DNA from: Tepidisphaera sp.
GTDB lineage: Bacteria > Planctomycetota > Phycisphaerae > Phycisphaerales > UBA1924
Assembly (NCBI GenBank): GCA_050916045.1
Contig: CP051526.1
Location: 1,856,001 to 1,920,000, forward strand
Reading direction: 5' to 3'
DNA length: 64,000 nucleotides
Position 1 is the first letter of the stretch. Each line of letters opens with the position of its first letter. Below are positions 59,118 through 64,000 of this stretch, piece after piece. Both the position numbers and the translations under genes were made by a program. The notes under the pieces were generated by a model. It was not told the DNA's origin and did not search any database. It saw only the letters and a program-made list of their open reading frames with translations.

Positions 59118-60323
59118 GTGAACCTAACAGACCCCATTGACCTGGTCGAAGAAAGCCGCGGAGCCCTCCAGTCCGTCCGCCGGGCCCTCATCGAGCTGTA
59201 CGACGCCGTCGGCTCAGACCCCTCTCTTCCGCAGGAGGTCGCCCGCCGCTTCGAGCTCAACCGAAACCTCACCTGGAAGCTCTCCCGAGTGATCGGCGCC
59301 GCCGATCCTCTCGCCGCGCTCAGCCATCTGCCCGGTCAAGCCGGGATCGAACTCGCCATCGACGCCTTCGAGAAGGCAGGCGCCCCCTCCGCCGCCGGCG
59401 AAAGCGTCCGCGCTGCGATGTCCGAATTTGCCAACGTCGTCAAAGAGCACGCCGGCGACCGCGAACAGCTCGAACTCACCCTCGAGAGCATGGGCATCTT
59501 CGAACGCGACACCGCCGCCCTCAGCGGCCGCGAGCTCGCTTTCCGCGGCAACAGCAGCGTCTGGGGCGTGCAAGCCAAGACTCGCCTCGCGCTCAACTTC
59601 GTCGCGCCCGGCAGGACGCCCGGCACCGTCGACTACGTCCTGGTCTCCGGCCTCATCGGCCTCCGCCGCTTGCGTCCAAGCGTCCAGTGGCGCCTCGCCC
59701 GCGCCCAGATCCACACCGATCGCGGCGACTACATCGACAACGGCCCCGGCCTCGAGGAGATCGAGAAGAAGAACCCCGGCGACCTGCCGCTCATCCTCCG
59801 CGAGTTCTGCTCGCCCAACATGCCCGAACTCCTCTCTCGCCCCACCGGCGATGGCATCGAGATGTGTCTCCCCGCCGGCCAGGTCGGTAACCGCGCCGCT
59901 TTCGACTGCTACTTCGGCTACATCTACCGCGGAGTCCCCGCGATCCCCGCTCCCGACAACAAGCACGGCTCCGCCGCGGCCCCCATCACGCTCCCTGTCG
60001 AGTCCCTCGTCTTCGACCTCATCATGCACAAAGCCGTCACCCGCCAGACTCCCGAAGCCAAGCTCTACGGCTTCCCCCACGGCGGCCCCGAAGGACCCGA
60101 CGCCCAAACCCCTGCCAACGAACTCCCGCTCCAGGAGCGCATCGTCGACCTCGCCGGCTCGCCGCCCGCCGTCGCCAACCCCGCGGTCCCCGGCCTCGCA
60201 CGCCTCGCAAACACGCTCTACGCCCGCATGAACTGGAACCCCGCCGACTTCCGCGGCCTGCGCCTCCAGGTCAAGCACCCGCCGATGTCCTCGCGCCTCG
60301 TCATGCGCTGGCCGCTCGAGTGA
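59118..60323 (+). CDS. Hypothetical protein with N-terminal HTH-like motif
   Basis: GTG start after GAGGA; PQEVARRFELNRNLTWKLSRVI; no signal peptide. Confidence 0.7.
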   Translation: MNLTDPIDLVEESRGALQSVRRALIELYDAVGSDPSLPQEVARRFELNRNLTWKLSRVIGAADPLAALSHLPGQAGIELAIDAFEKAGAPSAAGESVRAAMSEFANVVKEHAGDREQLELTLESMGIFERDTAALSGRELAFRGNSSVWGVQAKTRLALNFVAPGRTPGTVDYVLVSGLIGLRRLRPSVQWRLARAQIHTDRGDYIDNGPGLEEIEKKNPGDLPLILREFCSPNMPELLSRPTGDGIEMCLPAGQVGNRAAFDCYFGYIYRGVPAIPAPDNKHGSAAAPITLPVESLVFDLIMHKAVTRQTPEAKLYGFPHGGPEGPDAQTPANELPLQERIVDLAGSPPAVANPAVPGLARLANTLYARMNWNPADFRGLRLQVKHPPMSSRLVMRWPLE

Positions 60324-60596
60324 TCTCGCGCCGCGACGCACACGCCCCATCCATCGCTCAACGCCGCCTTCTCCTCCCCCGGCGCAACAAGCGTTCCAGA
60401 CACGCTCGCGCCCGCATCACATCGTGCTGAATCTCGCCTTTCGCGGTGCAACACGCCCCGCGCCTTCGCGTAGCGGAATCTGACCGATCGCGGGGACCGC
60501 CCACGGGCGTCCGATCGGCGGGGATAGGTCAGTCACCAGTTGTCGCGCGGCGTATCCGCGCGTCTTCACGCGCCCGAAAGGGCCGAAGGAGTTCTC

Positions 60597-62048
60597 ATGG
60601 ATGTCGCCGGATTCCACGCCCGCACCACGTCTCTCGCGAAAGCTCTGCTGCTCGCGATGATCGCGGCTCCCTACGCGTCCGCAGCCGATGATTGTTCGAG
60701 CCCGACGCCGCTCACCGTCGGCATCGGCGTCGCCGGAAGGACGGATCGTTCCGCTCCCACCCCGGGCATCCCCGCAAGCCACTGCGGCGGCACCAGCGAA
60801 CTCCACGGCGATGAGTGGTTCTCCTTCACCGCTCCCTTCGCCGCCGAGTACACCGTGACCCTCTGCGGCTCCGAGTACGACACCGTCCTCTCACTCTGGG
60901 ACGCCTGTCCCGACGGCGTCCGAGCGCCGCTTGACTGCAACGACGACGACTGCTTCTTCGGATCAACCCTCCGGCGAACCCTCGCCGCCGGTGAACGCAT
61001 CCTGATCCGCGTCGGCGGCCGCGACAATTTCTACGGCGAGTACCGCCTGCTCGTCGACACCGACCTGCCGCCCCCCGCCAACGACAACTGTGAGGATGCC
61101 CTTCAGGTCGGCCTCGGCCGCACCGTCGGCGCCACGATGCACGCCACGGTCGACGGCGCAAGCCGCTGCGACAGCGCCGCTCCCGACGTCTGGTACCGGT
61201 TCACCGCGCCCGCGACCGGCCCCTACACCTTCGACACCTGCGACATCCTCGGCTTCGACACGATTCTCTCGCTGCGAAGCACCTGCGGCGGATTCGAACT
61301 CGAGTGCAACAACAACGGCCCCTGCCAGGGCTGGTCCTTCCGCTCGCTGATCACGCGAAACCTCCACCAAGGCGAGTCCGTCCTCATCCGCGTCTCCGGC
61401 TTCATCGCCCAGGTCGGCACCTTCGCCCTCAACGTCTCCGCCGGCGGCCTCCCGCCCCCGCCCGTCAACGATGAGTGCTCCGGTGCTATCCCGCTCGCCA
61501 ACGCCGACGATCAGTTCTTCGACACCACCTGGGCCACCACCAGCGGCCTCTCCCTCGGAAACTGCGGCGGCGTCGCCACCATGCAGAACGACATCTTCTT
61601 CGCCTACACCGCCACCTGCACCGGCGAAGCCACCATCACCACCTGCGGCACCGCCTGGGACACCGTCCTCGCCGTCTACGACCGCTGCGGCGGCCGACTC
61701 CTCCGCTGCAACAACAACGACACCACCTTCGTCTGCGTCCAGTCCAGCGGTCAGTCCGTCCTGAAGTTCCCCGCTGTCCAAGGCCGCAGCTACACCATCG
61801 CCGTCGGCGCGGCTGTCGCGTGGCGCGATGGCCGAGGCATCATCAGCGCCGCTTGCGTCGCTCCCCCCGGATGCGCCGCCGACTACAACACCGACGGCTT
61901 CGTCGACGGCGACGACCTTCTCGCCTTCGTCTGGTGCTTTGACTTCGGAGCCTGCCGCCCCGGCAACTCCGCCGACATCAACCGCGACGGCTTCGTCGAC
62001 TTCTTCGATTACGACGACTTCATCCGCGCCTTCGAGGAAGGCTGCTAA
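60597..62048 (+). CDS. Secreted protein with three Cys-rich NDxC beta-sandwich repeats and GC-type dockerin
   Basis: AAGGAG RBS; repeats NDxC...D.W..F.A...C...DT.L...C..DD/NN; ADINRDGFVDFFDY...FEEGC. Confidence 0.85.
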   Translation: MDVAGFHARTTSLAKALLLAMIAAPYASAADDCSSPTPLTVGIGVAGRTDRSAPTPGIPASHCGGTSELHGDEWFSFTAPFAAEYTVTLCGSEYDTVLSLWDACPDGVRAPLDCNDDDCFFGSTLRRTLAAGERILIRVGGRDNFYGEYRLLVDTDLPPPANDNCEDALQVGLGRTVGATMHATVDGASRCDSAAPDVWYRFTAPATGPYTFDTCDILGFDTILSLRSTCGGFELECNNNGPCQGWSFRSLITRNLHQGESVLIRVSGFIAQVGTFALNVSAGGLPPPPVNDECSGAIPLANADDQFFDTTWATTSGLSLGNCGGVATMQNDIFFAYTATCTGEATITTCGTAWDTVLAVYDRCGGRLLRCNNNDTTFVCVQSSGQSVLKFPAVQGRSYTIAVGAAVAWRDGRGIISAACVAPPGCAADYNTDGFVDGDDLLAFVWCFDFGACRPGNSADINRDGFVDFFDYDDFIRAFEEGC

Positions 62049-62163
62049 CGAGCCAACACCCCCCGCACGCGGCCGTGGGAGAACATCCCCCGGCCGCGAT
62101 TCCCTCCCGCCAATCCCCGGGCCAATCTCTCAGCCGCCCCCCGCCTTCGACGTACCCTGCGAC

Positions 62164-62835
62164 ATGTCCGACACCAACGCTCCGCGGAGCCCGCACCCCA
62201 GCATTCCCTACCGAGCCCATGTCCCACCCGAAGGCGCCCAGGCCGCGGCCAAGAACTTCTGCGAAACCCTCGCCCGCCGCCGCTCCGTGAGACACTTCTC
62301 CGATCGCCCCGTTTCCTGGGACGTCCTCCAGTGGATCCTCCAAGCCGCATGCACCGCGCCAAGCGGTGCCAACCGCCAGCCCTGGCGCTTCGTCGCCGTC
62401 CAAGACCCCGCGATCAAACGCAAAATCCGCGAAGCCGCCGAAGCCGAGGAACGCGAGTTCTACTCCCGCAGAGCCACGCCCGAATGGCTCGCCGATCTCG
62501 CCCCTCTCGGCACCGACCCGACCAAGGAGTTCCTCGAAGTCGCGCCCTGGGTCATCGTCGTCTTCAAACTGATGAAAAACGACGACGGCGGAGCGACCTA
62601 CTACGTGAACGAAAGCGTCGGCATCGCCGTCGGCATGCTCCTCGCCGCCGCCCAACTCGCCGGCCTCGCCACGCTCACGCACACCCCAAGCCCCATGGGT
62701 TTCCTCACCGAGGTGCTTTCACGTCCCGCGAACGAACGCGCCTTCCTCGTGATTCCCATCGGCTACGCCGCGGAAAACGCCATGGTGCCCGACATCACGC
62801 GAAAGCCCACCACCGAAACCCTCGTCGTCGTCTGA
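62164..62835 (+). CDS. Nitroreductase family, iodotyrosine-deiodinase-like
   Basis: RRSVRHFS, APSGANRQPW, EEREFY, YYVNESVGIA, LTHTPSPM, RPANE. Confidence 0.85.
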   Translation: MSDTNAPRSPHPSIPYRAHVPPEGAQAAAKNFCETLARRRSVRHFSDRPVSWDVLQWILQAACTAPSGANRQPWRFVAVQDPAIKRKIREAAEAEEREFYSRRATPEWLADLAPLGTDPTKEFLEVAPWVIVVFKLMKNDDGGATYYVNESVGIAVGMLLAAAQLAGLATLTHTPSPMGFLTEVLSRPANERAFLVIPIGYAAENAMVPDITRKPTTETLVVV

Positions 62836-62846
62836 CCGCCCTCTCT

Positions 62847-63350
62847 TCACGGCCCCGCGCGCCGCACCCGCTCCAGCCAGAAGCTCATCACCCACCACGC
62901 CGGCACCGGCGACAAGATCCACCCGATCGCCGCTTTCAAACCGCTCGACGTTCCAATCCTGAATCCAGCCCCGCTCGGCGGCGACGCCGCCTGCCCCGAA
63001 GCGACGATCAGCACGCCCATCGCGATCCCGATCAACGCGTACGTCAAAAGGACGAACGCCAGCGCCACCGTAACCCGAGCCAGCCCACCCGGCGACCTTC
63101 GCGCCGACGGCAGCAACGCCACGAGCACGACCGGGATGAGAATCAACCACCCCGCCCCGATCCATTGCAGGATGTTCTTGTCCCATCCCCTCACCGCATC
63201 CCCGACCGCCGCAAACCTCCCACCCGGCCCGAAGTTCGGCTGAACCATCGCGCCAATCACCACCAACGCCACCATCACGACGACCAGCACGCCGAAACCG
63301 ATCAGGTCCTTCCGGTTGTAAAGCCGTCGTTTCCGCAAACGATTCTCCAA
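62847..63350 (-). CDS. Membrane hypothetical protein
   Basis: 4 hydrophobic segments; TTG start. Confidence 0.55.
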   Translation of the reverse strand: MENRLRKRRLYNRKDLIGFGVLVVVMVALVVIGAMVQPNFGPGGRFAAVGDAVRGWDKNILQWIGAGWLILIPVVLVALLPSARRSPGGLARVTVALAFVLLTYALIGIAMGVLIVASGQAASPPSGAGFRIGTSSGLKAAIGWILSPVPAWWVMSFWLERVRRAGP

Positions 63351-63450
63351 GCACTCGCGTAACGCAGTCTATCGCCAAGCGTCCGGGGCACTTCCACCCG
63401 CGCAACGAAAAAGCGCCAAGTCCAAGGGACTCGGCGCTCGTCTCGCGACC

Positions 63451-63468
63451 AAAGGGCTCAGTTGAGCC
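63451..63468 (-). terminator. Short hairpin with T tail downstream of tmRNA
   Basis: GGCTCA-AC-TGAGCC-CTTT on minus strand. Confidence 0.5.
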
Positions 63469-63477
63469 GTCAATCAA

Positions 63478-63823
63478 TGGAGCCGGGGGGAATCGAACCC
63501 CCGTGTCGGACAGTCAGCCCGCCGCCTCTACGCGTGTGTCTCGCTCTTTGTTCTCGTCCGAAGCCCCGCAGCGAGCGGCATGACTTTTGGACATATCCGC
63601 GGTAAGTGTCGCGGGTGATCCCCGAAGATCTCGGATCTCCGCCAAGCCTGATGCTTCATTCACTCCCCTATCAGGCGTTGGAGGTGAACGGGTGGCCTAA
63701 ATTAGGCCGCCATGGCGTAGTTGTTATTAGCAACTAATTTTGTGCCTACGTTTTACGAGTCCAGCAGGCTCCTCGACGCGCCACGTCAAGCTTCACATGC
63801 CCGGTCGAAACCATTTCGGCCCC
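63478..63823 (-). ncRNA. ssrA: tmRNA (transfer-messenger RNA), tag ANNNYAMAA*
   Basis: 5' GGGGCCGAAATGGTTTCGAC; 3' T-arm GGGGGTTCGATTCCCCC + CGGCTCCA; G3.U70 pair; tag ORF GCT AAT AAC AAC TAC GCC ATG GCG GCC TAA at 63731-63702. Confidence 0.96.
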
Positions 63824-63894
63824 AACTTTTCAAACATCCGCAGCCATTCTACGCATCCCGACACCCCCGGGTTCGCCCCGCTACCATCCTCCCC

Positions 63895-64000
63895 ATGCCG
63901 CGCCGCTTCCTCTTCGCCCTCCTCTCACTCGTCGCGCTCGCCCAAGGCTGCGCCGTCAACCGGCCCGCCCTCTCCTCCGACAAGCTCATCCAACGCAAAG
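63895..64000 (+). CDS. Lipoprotein, truncated by window end
   Basis: MPRRFLFALLSLVALAQGC lipobox-like signal. Confidence 0.6.
   Translation, partial: MPRRFLFALLSLVALAQGCAVNRPALSSDKLIQRK

Noticed and set aside
60420..60596. Possible riboswitch in the leader of the 60597 gene (GCTGAATC start; CTGACC/GGTCAG stem)
   Set aside because: Remaining consensus elements of c-di-AMP or other known classes could not be matched by eye; needs an Infernal search
2030..62048. Near-identical dockerin-coding DNA as DGR template/variable repeats
   Set aside because: No reverse transcriptase in the window; differences are not adenine-specific and are explained by protein-level conservation
62847..63478. Genomic island integrated at the tmRNA 3' end
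   Set aside because: No integrase and no duplicated tmRNA 3' fragment seen in the window
63478..63510. tRNA gene suggested by the T-arm sequence
   Set aside because: It is the 3' tRNA-like domain of tmRNA; there is no anticodon arm, and the matching 5' end lies about 345 nt away

Overview
High-GC chromosomal window from a Planctomycetota bacterium, most likely Phycisphaerales. The taxon is inferred from five secreted proteins ending in the GC-type dockerin signal (ADFNxDxFxDFFDYxxFVxxFExGC), a PTPG/RRR sorting tail, an ECF sigma-Ser/Thr kinase pair and the bamD-lptE-ftsH order. About 55 CDS are supported. They include smpB, ppa, msrB, queG, ilvA-like, ftsH, bamD, lptE, glnS, lpoB-like, thiolase, pgl, coaB, a DEAD-box helicase, a GH38 mannosidase, a debranching enzyme and an IYD-like nitroreductase. 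There is also a tmRNA (tag ANNNYAMAA), an IS200-like Y1 transposase framed by composite hairpin inverted repeats, and two small genes the ORF track missed. The most unusual signals are five. (1) An 8x21-bp array whose core substitutions are all synonymous in one frame (LRSAxxx heptads). It has an inverted degenerate copy in frame with a helical+FN3-like orphan gene whose C-terminus (-SMAA) mimics this genome's tmRNA tag. (2) A second 8x21-bp array inside an element bounded by 11-bp inverted repeats. (3) An ECF sigma with TVQD in place of DAED, next to a membrane kinase and a divergent PspA-like gene. (4) A miniature secretin-like lipoprotein. (5) A secreted pyroglutamyl-peptidase-like protein with Ser at the catalytic Cys position. 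No CRISPR array, rRNA, tRNA or integrase was seen. All product calls come from motif recognition by eye, not database searches.
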